In this document: piece by piece, positions 1 to 9,450 of the stretch
Numbering within the stretch: position 1 is the first letter of the stretch
Layout: the number at the start of each line of letters is the position of its first letter
From: Planctomycetota bacterium
GTDB lineage: Bacteria; Planctomycetota; UBA11346
Assembly (NCBI GenBank): GCA_014193115.1
Contig: BJHQ01000003.1
Location: 2,768-66,767 of the forward strand
DNA length: 64,000 bases
Reading direction: 5' to 3'
Made by a program: the position numbers and the translations under genes
The notes under the pieces: generated by a model
The model's database searches: none
What the model saw: only the letters and a program-made list of their open reading frames with translations
What the model was told of the DNA's origin: nothing

Positions 1-983
1 AAAGCGATCAGCCGCTCCGGATCGCTGGCGTTGTCCCACAACCAGGCCAGCCGGCGGGCTCGGTCCTTTGCCAACGGTTGACGCTCGAGCCAGCCCTGGC
101 GCTCCGCCGGATCCGCGTCGGACAAGCAGACGGCGGCGGCGAGATCCGGATGGTCTCCTGGCCGGATCCGCGCCAGACGCGCTAGGGTCGCCGCCGATGC
201 CTGGCGCAAGGGCAAGGCTTCGGTCAGGCGGCCGCTGTCGCCGAGCAAGGCCAGCCAGCGCTCCGGATGGGGCCCGGCCAGCGCCTTGTCCCATTCCTGG
301 ATGATGCGCTCTGCTGAGAGCCCGGTCAGGGGCACGGCGACCAGGCCGGTCCAGGTCTGCGGTTCGATGGTGAATCCCAGGTGGGCCGCGAAGCGCAACG
401 CCCGCAGCAGACGCAAGCGGTCTTCGCTGAACCGCGCCAGTGGGTCACCGACGGTGCGGACCAGACCGGCGCGCAGGTCCGCCAAACCCCCGACCAGATC
501 GCTGATGCGTCCGGTTTCCGGGTCCATCAGCAGGGCGTTGATCGTCAGATCGCGGCGGCGTACGTCCTCGACCACGTCCCCGAACCGCACCGCATCGGGA
601 CGGCGGCCGTCGCTGCTCGGACCATCGGCGCGATAGGTGGCGACCTCCACCGCCTGGTCGCCTTGCAGCACGATGACCACCCCAAAGGCCTTGCCCACCG
701 CCACGGTCCGAGGAAACAGCGCTTCCACCCGGTCCGGCACGGCGTCGGTTGCGACATCGACATCGTGGACCGGCCGACCAAGCACCAGATCGCGCACCGC
801 ACCACCCACCGCCTGGGCTTCGTGCCCGGCAGATCGCAGGTGGGCGATGACCGCCCGGGCCGCTGTCCACACCGGGCCGGTGAGGCTGGCCGGATCGATC
901 TGATTCCTGGCGGACGGTGCCTGTTCTCGGTTTGACTGCGCTGGCTCGCTGGCTGGCGCCGATTCCCTGGCGGACTCCGCCAT
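1..983 (-). CDS. tRNA nucleotidyltransferase (CCA-adding) / poly(A) polymerase family protein; 3' end runs off the window
   Basis: The minus-strand translation contains the head-domain motifs GGAVRDLVLGRP and RRDLTINALL. The ATG at 983 lies 18 nt downstream of the dnaN stop. The frame stays open to position 1. Confidence 0.8.
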   Translation of the reverse strand, partial: MAESARESAPASEPAQSNREQAPSARNQIDPASLTGPVWTAARAVIAHLRSAGHEAQAVGGAVRDLVLGRPVHDVDVATDAVPDRVEALFPRTVAVGKAFGVVIVLQGDQAVEVATYRADGPSSDGRRPDAVRFGDVVEDVRRRDLTINALLMDPETGRISDLVGGLADLRAGLVRTVGDPLARFSEDRLRLLRALRFAAHLGFTIEPQTWTGLVAVPLTGLSAERIIQEWDKALAGPHPERWLALLGDSGRLTEALPLRQASAATLARLARIRPGDHPDLAAAVCLSDADPAERQGWLERQPLAKDRARRLAWLWDNASDPERLIA

Positions 984-1000
984 CTGGCGCTCCTCCGGAT

Positions 1001-2173
1001 TCAGCTCGGCAAGCTGATCGGCATGATCAGATAGGTCGCCTCGGGTTCGCGCATCACCAGGCCGCGGCCGAGCTCGATGCCGAACGTCTCGGCTTCGTAG
1101 ACCCGCAGCACATCTTGCAGATATTTATGATCGATGGCGAAACGCTGAGGGTTGCCGCGGTAGACGCAGGCCACCGGGATGCGGGCGGTGCCGGTGGTGT
1201 GGTTCAGGTTGTTCAGGACCGCCCGGTCGGAGTCCAGGTTGATCACGATGCCGCGGCTGTTGCTGCTGGTCATCAGCGCCGCGCGGCGTACCGCCGCAGC
1301 CAGATCGGCGGTGCGGAACTGGACCGCACCTGCCTCGGTCACGGGCTTGGCCACCAGCGCGTTGCGGTAGCTCGGGAAGGTCCCATCGACCAGCCGGCTG
1401 GTGAGGTCGACCTGGAGGCCCTGGGCCAGGTTCAGGCGCAAGCACGCGACTTTGCCAGCCACCGCCAGATCCACCCGTTCCGGTTCATTTCCGGCCATGA
1501 TCCGCTGCACATGGGCCACCGTGGTGGCTGGCAGCACGATCACCAGGCACTCGCCATCGGCCGGGGTGAACCCTTCCGACTTGTCGACGGCTTCGGCCAG
1601 CACTTTGCCATCGGTTGCGGCCAGAACCAACTCGCCATGGCCCACCGCCACCATCATTCCCGAGAGCACGGCGCTGGTCCGGTCCTTGTCCATCGCGAAG
1701 GCGGTCCGGCTGAGCATGCCGGCGAACCGCCGGCCTGGCAGGCTGAACACCTGGTGGTCGGTCGGGAAGCCGGCAACCGCCGGGAAGGGTTCGCCGATCA
1801 CCGCCTGCACCGCGTAGTCGCCGTCGGCCAGCTGGATCGCCAGCTGGCTGGCCTCGCCGCGGACCTCGTGGCGCAACAGGACGGTCGGCGACGACGATTC
1901 CTTCAGCAGTTCTGCGAGCTTGCGGGCCGGAACCACCGCCTGGCCACGACCGCGGATGTCGACTTGGCGGACCACGCAGCGCAGGCCGACCTGGAGATCG
2001 GTGGCGATGATCTCCAGACGGTCGTCAGTCGCTTCGAGCAGCAGGTTGGTCAGGATCGGCCGGGTGCTGCTGGTCGGCACCACGGCATCGGCTGCCTGGA
2101 TCGCTGCGAGCAGGACATCCCGCTGGCATTCGATCAGCAGCGTGGGAGCGGGCGAGACGGCCGGATGGTCCAT
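1001..2173 (-). CDS. dnaN: DNA polymerase III beta subunit (sliding clamp)
   Basis: 390 aa with ILTNLLLEA, DGTFPSY and the three-domain clamp architecture. High GC3. Confidence 0.9.
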   Translation of the reverse strand: MDHPAVSPAPTLLIECQRDVLLAAIQAADAVVPTSSTRPILTNLLLEATDDRLEIIATDLQVGLRCVVRQVDIRGRGQAVVPARKLAELLKESSSPTVLLRHEVRGEASQLAIQLADGDYAVQAVIGEPFPAVAGFPTDHQVFSLPGRRFAGMLSRTAFAMDKDRTSAVLSGMMVAVGHGELVLAATDGKVLAEAVDKSEGFTPADGECLVIVLPATTVAHVQRIMAGNEPERVDLAVAGKVACLRLNLAQGLQVDLTSRLVDGTFPSYRNALVAKPVTEAGAVQFRTADLAAAVRRAALMTSSNSRGIVINLDSDRAVLNNLNHTTGTARIPVACVYRGNPQRFAIDHKYLQDVLRVYEAETFGIELGRGLVMREPEATYLIMPISLPS

Positions 2174-2519
2174 GACCGGTTTCTAGCACGACCGGGCCGT
2201 TGGAGAAAGGGCGCCGGCCGCCACAGCGGTCACGGCGGTCCACGAGCAGCGCCACCAAGGTCCAAGGGCGGCCGTCGGGTGGTGAGGTGTCATGAAGAGA
2301 GACTCTTCTTCTCTCTCCTCTGTCCGGACGATTCGGTCGATAACGCGTAAAGCATGACGGGGCTTGGGGTTCGCGGCTGAGCAGGCAGTCGGCAAGGGCA
2401 CGGCCGCAGACGCTTGCCGGTCGGAACCGGCGAGGCCCTCACGATTCACCCGAAGACACCCGACTTTTCGACCGCCCGCCGCGACTTGCCCGACCAGATG
2501 GGACCGTGACCGTGGTTCC

Positions 2520-3119
2520 ATGACCGGACGGCCAATCCAGCTGGTAGCCATCCTCAGCTGCTGCCTCTGCCTGAGCGGTTGCATCGACCGGATCATCGGA
2601 GCCTTCGCGTCACCGGCAGCCAACGCCGGAGCCACGGCCGGGGCGGTCGGCAGAGGTGTCGCCCAAACAGCCGCGCCTGCCGCGCCTCCGGGAACGATCG
2701 ACGCAGCCAACACCGCCTCGCGCCTGGATCGGTGGTTGAAGGATCATCCTGATGCGGAAAATGCAGATGAATTACGCAAGGCGCGGGATCGCATGGTGGC
2801 CAAGGACCAGGTCGCGTCCGGATACCGCAAGCCGAAACGCATAGCGGACGATCCCAACCGTGATGCCGACTGGGATCGCCGGATGGTGGCCGAAGCCCGG
2901 CGAACGTGGTGGATCGATGGCGTCCTGTACCAGGCCCTGCCGGTGGAGCGCCTGGGCAAGGTCGGAAATCCGAGCGATGAGCTCCGCCTCGATCCGGTGG
3001 TCGCTGAAGACGGCCGTCCGATCCCTGTGGATGCCCACCGCCGTCGCCCGCTTTCCCCGTACCAGTCCTTGGAGATCGAACCGGTCCGGCTGGGCTCGAT
3101 GCCGGTGGTCGGCCGATGA
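2520..3119 (+). CDS. lipoprotein, function unknown
   Basis: Signal peptide ending in the lipobox LSGC (LVAILSCCLCLSGC). The longer ORF from 2364 is probably an overextension. Confidence 0.55.
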   Translation: MTGRPIQLVAILSCCLCLSGCIDRIIGAFASPAANAGATAGAVGRGVAQTAAPAAPPGTIDAANTASRLDRWLKDHPDAENADELRKARDRMVAKDQVASGYRKPKRIADDPNRDADWDRRMVAEARRTWWIDGVLYQALPVERLGKVGNPSDELRLDPVVAEDGRPIPVDAHRRRPLSPYQSLEIEPVRLGSMPVVGR

Positions 3120-3205
3120 TGCGCCCCACGGCGTGGGTCCCGCAGGCTGCTCCGGTACTGTTCATGGACCGTGGCGAGGCCAGGTCACTCCTCTAGGCTG
3201 TCATC

Positions 3206-4474
3206 ATGTCACTCAGCCAGCCCGAGCGAAGCGGATCCAAGGCGGGACATCCCGGATGCCTGATGCTGTTCGGCCTGCCGTTCTTCCTGGCCGGGGCGTT
3301 CGTCTTCTACATGACCGTTCTGGCGCCGTGGCTGTCCAGCCAAGCCGCCGCATCCTGGGTTGCGACACCATGCCGCATCATCCACAGCGAAGTGACGGAG
3401 AGCCGGGATTCCGATGGCGATCGGACCTATGGCGTGGACATCCGCTTTCGCTACCGATTCGCAGAGAAGGCTTACGAATCCGATCGCTACTGGTTCATCA
3501 TGGGCAAGTCCTCAGGGCGCGAGGAGAAAGCCGCTGCGGTGAAGCGTCACCCGGTGGGCAGCGAAACCACCTGTTTTGTCGATCCGAAGCACCCGGGCGA
3601 GGCGGTGATCGATCGCGAGCACCTCGGGTGGGAACTGTGGCTGGGCATCGTCTTAGGCGGGGTGTTCATGCTGGTCGGCGGCGGCCTGATGGTTGGCGGC
3701 GGGATCGCCTGGCGCCGGCGCAGCCGGCCGCGGATCGACGCGGGATTCGCGTCGGACCTGCGTGCGTCGGAACAGCCAGCCGCCGCCTTGCCCGACCGAG
3801 AAGCTGAGGAACCGAAGATCCTGACCTCGGGCGGTGGACGGTGGGGAAAACTGCTCGGCATCCTGTTCTTCGCCGTGTTCTGGAATGGCATCACCTGGAC
3901 CATCCTGCTCCTCGCCATTTGGCCAGATGTGCAGAAAGGCGATGGATTCGCCTGGATTCCGCTGCTCTTTATCAGCCTCTTCGTGCTGATCGGAGCCGCC
4001 GTCGCCCTGGCGGTGCCGTATTATCTGATGGCGCTGCTCAATCCCCGGGTCCAGGTGCGGGTCATGCCCGGATCGCCGGTCATCGGCCGTCCGACACGCA
4101 TCGCCTGGAGCCTGACCGGACGGACCGACCGCGTGGATCTGCTCACCATCCAGCTCGTGCTGCGCGAGAAGGCGACGTACACCCGCGGCACCAACACCAC
4201 CACCGACACCAAAGAGGTGTTCCGCCTCGACATCGCCCGCTGCGAGCCTGGTCCGGAGCTGGTCGAGGGCGATCGCGACGTGACGGTGCCGCTCACCGTT
4301 CCGCCCAGCTTCAAAGCCGACCGCAATGAGCTGGAATGGCAGATCGAGGTGAAAGGGAGCATCGCCTGGTGGCCGGACATCGCCGATGCCTGGACCGTGA
4401 CGGTGCGGCCGGCGACGCTTGAGCGGCCGGCAACGCCGGAGCGGCCGGCAATGCCGGAACGGAGCGGACCATGA
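3206..4474 (+). CDS. DUF3592-like integral membrane protein (two beta-sandwich modules separated by TM helices)
   Basis: N-terminal TM then a DUF3592-like segment (RYRFAEKAYESDRYWF...CFVDPKHPGEAV). Three further TM helices and a second similar module follow. It ends in an ERPATP repeat. Its stop overlaps the next start (ATGA). Confidence 0.7.
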   Translation: MSLSQPERSGSKAGHPGCLMLFGLPFFLAGAFVFYMTVLAPWLSSQAAASWVATPCRIIHSEVTESRDSDGDRTYGVDIRFRYRFAEKAYESDRYWFIMGKSSGREEKAAAVKRHPVGSETTCFVDPKHPGEAVIDREHLGWELWLGIVLGGVFMLVGGGLMVGGGIAWRRRSRPRIDAGFASDLRASEQPAAALPDREAEEPKILTSGGGRWGKLLGILFFAVFWNGITWTILLLAIWPDVQKGDGFAWIPLLFISLFVLIGAAVALAVPYYLMALLNPRVQVRVMPGSPVIGRPTRIAWSLTGRTDRVDLLTIQLVLREKATYTRGTNTTTDTKEVFRLDIARCEPGPELVEGDRDVTVPLTVPPSFKADRNELEWQIEVKGSIAWWPDIADAWTVTVRPATLERPATPERPAMPERSGP

Positions 4475-4827
4475 GCATCCAGATCGTCCTCGACCGGGCG
4501 GCGGTCGCGCCGGGCGAAACGGTGACCGGCGAGGCGACGTGGACCCTGACCACGGCCCCGAAGCAGTTCGGTATTCGGCTGTTTTGGCACACCAGCGGCA
4601 AGGCCAGCCGCGACACCGGGATCGCCGGGGAGCAGATCGTCATGAACGCCGCGGCGAGAGGCAGCCAACGATTCTCGTTCGTCGCGCCGAGCAAGCCGGT
4701 CAGTTACGACGGACCGCTGGTCTCGATCCTGTGGGCGGTGGAAGCATTCGCCGATGCGGACGACACGGTGCACGAATACCTGATCATCAGCCCGACCCGG
4801 GAACGGTTGACGTTGTCCGGGGCCTGA
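4471..4827 (+). CDS. hypothetical small beta-sandwich protein
   Basis: ATGA overlap with the upstream gene. Good GC3. No recognisable motif. Confidence 0.5.
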   Translation: MSIQIVLDRAAVAPGETVTGEATWTLTTAPKQFGIRLFWHTSGKASRDTGIAGEQIVMNAAARGSQRFSFVAPSKPVSYDGPLVSILWAVEAFADADDTVHEYLIISPTRERLTLSGA

Positions 4828-4840
4828 CCGGCGGCAGCAG

Positions 4841-5386
4841 GTGACTCCGGCCAGGCTCAACCCGTTCCGCAGCGAACGCATCGAGTCCCTGGCCTTTCGG
4901 CCGACCGGGCCCGGCCAGGATCTGGCAGGCATTCAGGAACGATGGGAAAAAGCAGGCCGTCGCGGCGCCGTGGTCGGTCCCCACGGCAGCGGCAAGACCA
5001 CCCTGGTCGAGCAGCTCGGCCGGCGGCTGGGCGACACGACGTGGGTCGACGTGCGGCCCGGCGTGGCGCCGGTGACGTCATCGTCGGTGCTGCTGCTCGA
5101 TGGACTCGAACGTCTGCCCTGGCTGACCCGCCGGAGCTGGTTGGCGGCCTGCTGCGCTCCGGGCCTCATCGCCACCCTCCACCGCCCCGGATGCGGCCTG
5201 CCCGTGCTGCTGCGCACCACGACCACACCTGACGTGCTGGAAAATCTGGTGGCGGAGCTGCTCGGTCAGCCGGTGGATGACCACCGGGCCGCCGAATGCC
5301 GTCGGTTGTTCGCCGAACATCGCGGCGACCTTCGGGCCTGCCTGGAAACGCTGTATCGACGCTGGGCTGGCGAAGAAAGCGGCTGA
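4841..5386 (+). CDS. small P-loop NTPase
   Basis: Walker A GPHGSGKTTL and Walker B-like LLLDGLE. Begins 14 nt after the previous stop. Confidence 0.65.
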   Translation: MTPARLNPFRSERIESLAFRPTGPGQDLAGIQERWEKAGRRGAVVGPHGSGKTTLVEQLGRRLGDTTWVDVRPGVAPVTSSSVLLLDGLERLPWLTRRSWLAACCAPGLIATLHRPGCGLPVLLRTTTTPDVLENLVAELLGQPVDDHRAAECRRLFAEHRGDLRACLETLYRRWAGEESG

Positions 5387-5549
5387 ACCGCCATGGCGCA
5401 AAGACGGCAAGGAAAGGCTGGAATACCAATCAGAAGTGGATGGATCGTCATCCAAACCTTCTCGCCCCTGGCGCTTTGGTGTCATGGCGGTTCCCCAACA
5501 GCGTCGTCATGGTCGAGAGAGGCGCAAACGTCTGCAAAGAGTAACGAAT

Positions 5550-6410
5550 CTAGTCGCCCCGTCCGCGCAGCCGCCACGCGCTCGGACTTACCCCGACCAC
5601 TCGGCGGAACTGCTTGTTGAGGTGTTGAACATCGGAAAAACCCAAGCGTTCAGCGATCCGCGCCACCGGCAGGTCGGTGCCGCGCAGCTGGCTTTGCGCC
5701 AGTTCGATCCGGCGGGACAGCAGATAGCCGGCCATGGTCGTGCCGAAGTGGGCGCGGAAGGCCCGGGCCAGCCAGTTCGGCGACAAGCCGACCCGGCGCG
5801 CGATGGCCGAGGCGGAAAGCGGTGCCTCCAGCCGTCCATCGATCAGCGCGGCGGCCTGCTGGACGGCGGCGGTGCTGCGCAGAGCGCGGTCCTGCTCAGG
5901 CCGGCGGCTGCCGATCCACGCCGATCGGCCTCCGATCAGCGCCATGGTCAGCAACAGATCCAGCAACACCGCTCGGGCCGTGGCCCGGGCCAGATCGGAT
6001 TCCGCAGCCGGCGCAGCGAGCAGTCCGGCGATGCGCTGGATGCCGGACACCAGGCGGGTCCGGGCCGGCCCGCAGTGGACCAGCGCCGGGAGCAGCGCCG
6101 CTTCAGCGTGCGGGGCACCGCGCAACGGCCGGAAATGGACGCACCAGTGGTGGCCCGGATCGGGCAGATCGTAACGGGTTTCGCTGCCCGCCGCAGTCAC
6201 CGTGGCGTCGCCCGGGCGCAGGCCGAGCTCGACGCCGTCCAGCCGCCAGGTCCCGGAATACTCGTAGATGTGCAGGGCATGGGTCGGGCCGCGGTAGGAA
6301 TACGGGAAGCCGCGGTCGTCGAACCGGAACCGGCCGGCCAGGACTGGTTCGGGCAACCTATCGCACGGCCAGCGCAAACCGGGCGGAGACGTGGTCGGCG
6401 CAGCCATCAC
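5550..6410 (-). CDS. AraC-family transcriptional regulator (cupin plus HTH)
   Basis: The C-terminal AraC HTH reads ...ARIAERLGFSDVQHLNKQFRRVVGVSPSAWR. Confidence 0.8.
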   Translation of the reverse strand: MMAAPTTSPPGLRWPCDRLPEPVLAGRFRFDDRGFPYSYRGPTHALHIYEYSGTWRLDGVELGLRPGDATVTAAGSETRYDLPDPGHHWCVHFRPLRGAPHAEAALLPALVHCGPARTRLVSGIQRIAGLLAAPAAESDLARATARAVLLDLLLTMALIGGRSAWIGSRRPEQDRALRSTAAVQQAAALIDGRLEAPLSASAIARRVGLSPNWLARAFRAHFGTTMAGYLLSRRIELAQSQLRGTDLPVARIAERLGFSDVQHLNKQFRRVVGVSPSAWRLRGRGD

Positions 6411-6475
6411 TGGTGGATTCCTACCACGGACCAGGGTCCCGGTCCAGTTGCCCGGAGCGATCCAGTGGGGCTAGG

Positions 6476-7363
6476 ATGCGGTACGAGGAAACCGTCATGC
6501 TGTCCGCAAAAGCCCCAAAACCCAAGCCAACTGCGCGGCGAAAAGCCGCAGCCAAGCAGGCACCACAGCCGTCCTGTCCCGACCACCGGGATCTTGCCGC
6601 CGTGGCTTCATTTTTTACTGAGCACGGTTTTTACCACGGCCGGGGCGTCTTCGATCCGGCCACGGTGGACCGGCTCGAAGCCGATTTCGACCGGATCGTC
6701 GCCCAGATCTCCGCCACCGGCGAAGACATCAACGCCCGCCGGTTCTGGGACCACAAGACCACCCGCAAGCTCGACGGCGACCGGCCGTCGGTGGTCATCC
6801 ACACCCACCAGGTGCAGAAATACTCGGCCGCCTGGTCCCGCCTGCTGCTCGACGACCGGTTGCTCGATGTCGTCGGCAGCCTGATCGGTCCGGACATCGT
6901 GCTGCACCACACCAAGCTGTTCCTGAAGCCGGCCGGGCGCGGCGGCGCCTTTCCGGCCCATCAGGACCACGGCTATTTCCCCACCCTGCGCGGGGCGATG
7001 ATCGCAGCCAACGTGATCCTCAGCCGGCAAGACGAGACCAACGGCTGCCTGCGGGTCTGGCCGGGCAGCCACCGCCACGGACCGCTGCCGGCGAGCAAGG
7101 GCGATGACGAGACGTTCGCGGCGCGCTTCCCGATCGCAGCTTCCGTCCCGATCATCTGCGAGCCCGGCGATCTGGTGATCTTCCATTTCTGCACCGTCCA
7201 CGCCTCGCTTGCCAACCGCGGCGAGCGCGACCGCAAGCATGTGCTGGTCCAGCTCCATCCCGGCGACGACCGCCAGCTTGACGGAGTTCCGCATCCCGAC
7301 AGCAACCTGGTGCTGCGCGGCTGGAATCCGCTGATGACCCGGCAGCGCGCCGGAGCGTCCTGA
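6476..7363 (+). CDS. phytanoyl-CoA dioxygenase (PhyH) family Fe(II)/2OG oxygenase
   Basis: Family-typical length and HxD...H context (FPAHQDHGYF ... HFCTVHAS). The start was chosen at the in-frame ATG 6476. The ORF-track extension back to 5822 was rejected. Confidence 0.7.
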   Translation: MRYEETVMLSAKAPKPKPTARRKAAAKQAPQPSCPDHRDLAAVASFFTEHGFYHGRGVFDPATVDRLEADFDRIVAQISATGEDINARRFWDHKTTRKLDGDRPSVVIHTHQVQKYSAAWSRLLLDDRLLDVVGSLIGPDIVLHHTKLFLKPAGRGGAFPAHQDHGYFPTLRGAMIAANVILSRQDETNGCLRVWPGSHRHGPLPASKGDDETFAARFPIAASVPIICEPGDLVIFHFCTVHASLANRGERDRKHVLVQLHPGDDRQLDGVPHPDSNLVLRGWNPLMTRQRAGAS

Positions 7364-7372
7364 GCCGGCGGT

Positions 7373-7475
7373 CAGGTCGGCGTGCGGCCAGCCGACGATC
7401 AGGTCGGCGTGCGGCCAGCCGGCGGTCAAGTCGGCGTGCGGCCAGCCGACGATCAGGTCGGCGTGCGGTTCGCCC
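7373..7475. repeat. 27-bp tandem repeat, about 3.8 copies (CAGGTCGGCGTGCGGCCAGCCGACGAT)
   Basis: Direct visual periodicity. It spans the convergent junction between the PhyH stop and the AraC stop. Confidence 0.85.
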
Positions 7476-8295
7476 GCCAGGCGCTCGGCGCCACGCCGGA
7501 GTGGCGGCGGAACACCGTGGCGAACCACTGCGACGAGGGAAAGCCGAGCTCGTGGGCCACCGCCGTCACCGACCGCCCGGCGGCGAGCAGCTGCTTGGCC
7601 CGGGACAGGCGCTGGCGGCGCAGCCACGAGGCCGGCGGCTCGCCGACCTCGGCGATGAACCGGTCATGAAAACGGCTCGGCGACAGGCCGGCGGCCCGGG
7701 CCAGTGCGGCAACCCGCAGCGGCTGGTCGAGGCCGGTCCGGGCCAGGGCGGTGGCCCGGGCGATGGCCGGGCTGAGCGGCGACGCGCCATGGGCCGCGGC
7801 GGAACGCAGGGTCGCGACCAGCAGACGGTGCAGCGCCGCCCGGGCCGCGGCGGTGGCGCCCAGGCCGCCGGCCTGGCGATGCTCGCCGATGAGATCCCAC
7901 CACATGCCGGCGCTGACCTGGTCGGCGCGGAAGACCCGGGGCAGCGCCACCAGCCGGGCCTCCAGATCCGGCAGGTCGAGGCCCGGCAGCGGCAGGCGCA
8001 GATGCAGCCAGTACAGGTCGCAGGCCTGGAGAATCCCGTGATCGCCACCATGCAGTTCATCGGGATGGGTGAGGTAGCAATGGCCCTGCGGAACGGTGTG
8101 GGACTCGCCCTCGACCCACCAGTCGACCTCGCCGCGGCGCAGCCAGCACAGCTCCCAGGCGCCGGCATGACGGTGCGGCGCCAGGTCGAGGTCACCGGCG
8201 GCGAGGGGCCGGGTCCAGCCGAGCATCGGCATCTCGGGCAAAAGGCAGCTGGTGCCGGTGTACCACTCGCGGCGGGGACTGCGCAGGGACGGCAT
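7453..8295 (-). CDS. AraC-family transcriptional regulator (cupin plus HTH), paralog of 5550-6410
   Basis: C-terminal HTH ...VTAVAHELGFPSSQWFATVFRRHSGVAPSAWR with an N-terminal cupin. The exact start is uncertain. Confidence 0.75.
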   Translation of the reverse strand: MPSLRSPRREWYTGTSCLLPEMPMLGWTRPLAAGDLDLAPHRHAGAWELCWLRRGEVDWWVEGESHTVPQGHCYLTHPDELHGGDHGILQACDLYWLHLRLPLPGLDLPDLEARLVALPRVFRADQVSAGMWWDLIGEHRQAGGLGATAAARAALHRLLVATLRSAAAHGASPLSPAIARATALARTGLDQPLRVAALARAAGLSPSRFHDRFIAEVGEPPASWLRRQRLSRAKQLLAAGRSVTAVAHELGFPSSQWFATVFRRHSGVAPSAWRANRTPT

Positions 8296-8357
8296 GTATG
8301 GAATCCTCCTGCCCCGGACCCGGACGCCAGCGCCGGGAATCGGCTAAGCTGCACGCC

Positions 8358-9194
8358 ATGACCGACCCCACGATCTCGCTCACTCCCCGCGACATTGCCC
8401 GCTACCACGTCGAGGGTTTCATCTCGTTGCCAGCGATCACCACGCCATCCGAGGTCGCCCGGATCCGCACGATCTATGACGACCTGTTCGCGCGCCGCGC
8501 CGGCCATGAGCAGGGCAACCACTTCGATCTGTTCGGCGACGAATCGACCACCCGCGATCCACGGGACCAGGTGCCGCAGATCCTCGGCCCGGAAAAACTC
8601 GCGCCGGAGCTGAAGGATACCCAGGTCTGGGCCAATGTCCGGGCGATCGCGGAGCAGCTGTTCGGCGGTCCCTGCGACAGCCTGGGCACCCACGCCATCC
8701 TCAAGCCGGCGGGCTGCCCCAAGCCGACCCCCTGGCACCAGGACGAGTCGTACTGGGGCCGCAATGTCGATTACAACTCGTTCAGCCTGTGGCTGCCGCT
8801 CCAGGATGTCGACCAGACCACCGGCTGCATGCATTTCGTGGCGCGCAGCCACTGGGGCGAGATCCTGCCCCACCGCCCCGGCGCCGGAAATGCCCGGGTC
8901 CACGGGCTGGAGCTGGCGATCGATCCGCCGGCCGCGTCCGAGATCGTCGCCGTGCCCTTGGCGGCTGGCGGCTGCACCATCCACCACCAGCGCACCCTGC
9001 ACTACACCACCGCCAACAACGGCAGCGAACCGCGCCGAGCCTGGATCTTCGTCGCCGGCGTCGGCGGCCGGGTCCGTCATGCGCCCAAGATCCTGCCATG
9101 GCAGGACGAGCAGAAGACCATGCGCGCCGAACGGAAAAAGGCGTGGGATGAGCAGCAGGCCAAGGCGGTGGCGGCAGGTCGCGCACCCGCTTAA
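8358..9194 (+). CDS. phytanoyl-CoA dioxygenase (PhyH) family oxygenase, paralog of 6476-7363
   Basis: WHQDESYW ... HFVARSHW ... HHQRTLH. Starts at MTDPTISL. Confidence 0.75.
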   Translation: MTDPTISLTPRDIARYHVEGFISLPAITTPSEVARIRTIYDDLFARRAGHEQGNHFDLFGDESTTRDPRDQVPQILGPEKLAPELKDTQVWANVRAIAEQLFGGPCDSLGTHAILKPAGCPKPTPWHQDESYWGRNVDYNSFSLWLPLQDVDQTTGCMHFVARSHWGEILPHRPGAGNARVHGLELAIDPPAASEIVAVPLAAGGCTIHHQRTLHYTTANNGSEPRRAWIFVAGVGGRVRHAPKILPWQDEQKTMRAERKKAWDEQQAKAVAAGRAPA

Positions 9195-9274
9195 GGCTCG
9201 CACAGGATGGCCTTGCGCGGAGCCGTTGCGGCGATGGCCACATCGCTGGAATGGCTCGGAACCATCGCCAAAAA

Positions 9275-9352
9275 ATAGTGGCCACGATTTGATCAGGCGG
9301 CCAACGATCCCTGCGTCGCGCCGGCGATGAGGGCATCGCCGCTCCGAAACGC
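9275..9352 (+). repeat. REP-like palindromic element, copy A (core CCGGCGATGAGGGCATCGCCGCTCCGAAACGC)
   Basis: The core is a 9-bp stem hairpin (CCGGCGATG/CATCGCCGG). The same roughly 80-bp unit recurs at 10095-10172 (inverted), 39738-39760 (inverted, partial) and 39791-39876. Confidence 0.8.
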
Positions 9353-9450
9353 TCGCCGCTGTTGCGGCGCAGCGATGCTGGCGCAGCGTGGCGAGCATGC
9401 CGCCAGCCCGTCACGCGACGCCAGCCCGTCACGCGACATTAGCCCTGCAC

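Noticed and set aside
917-2350. A 477-aa plus-strand ORF.
   Set aside because: It is antisense to dnaN.
2174-2519. oriC upstream of dnaN.
   Set aside because: No DnaA-box (TTATCCACA-like) clusters and no AT-rich DNA-unwinding element are visible. The region is GC-rich.
5822-7363. A 513-aa ORF giving a long Arg/Pro-rich N-terminal extension to the PhyH oxygenase.
   Set aside because: The extension overlaps the divergent AraC gene on the other strand and is compositionally junk. The PhyH family length fits a start at 6476.
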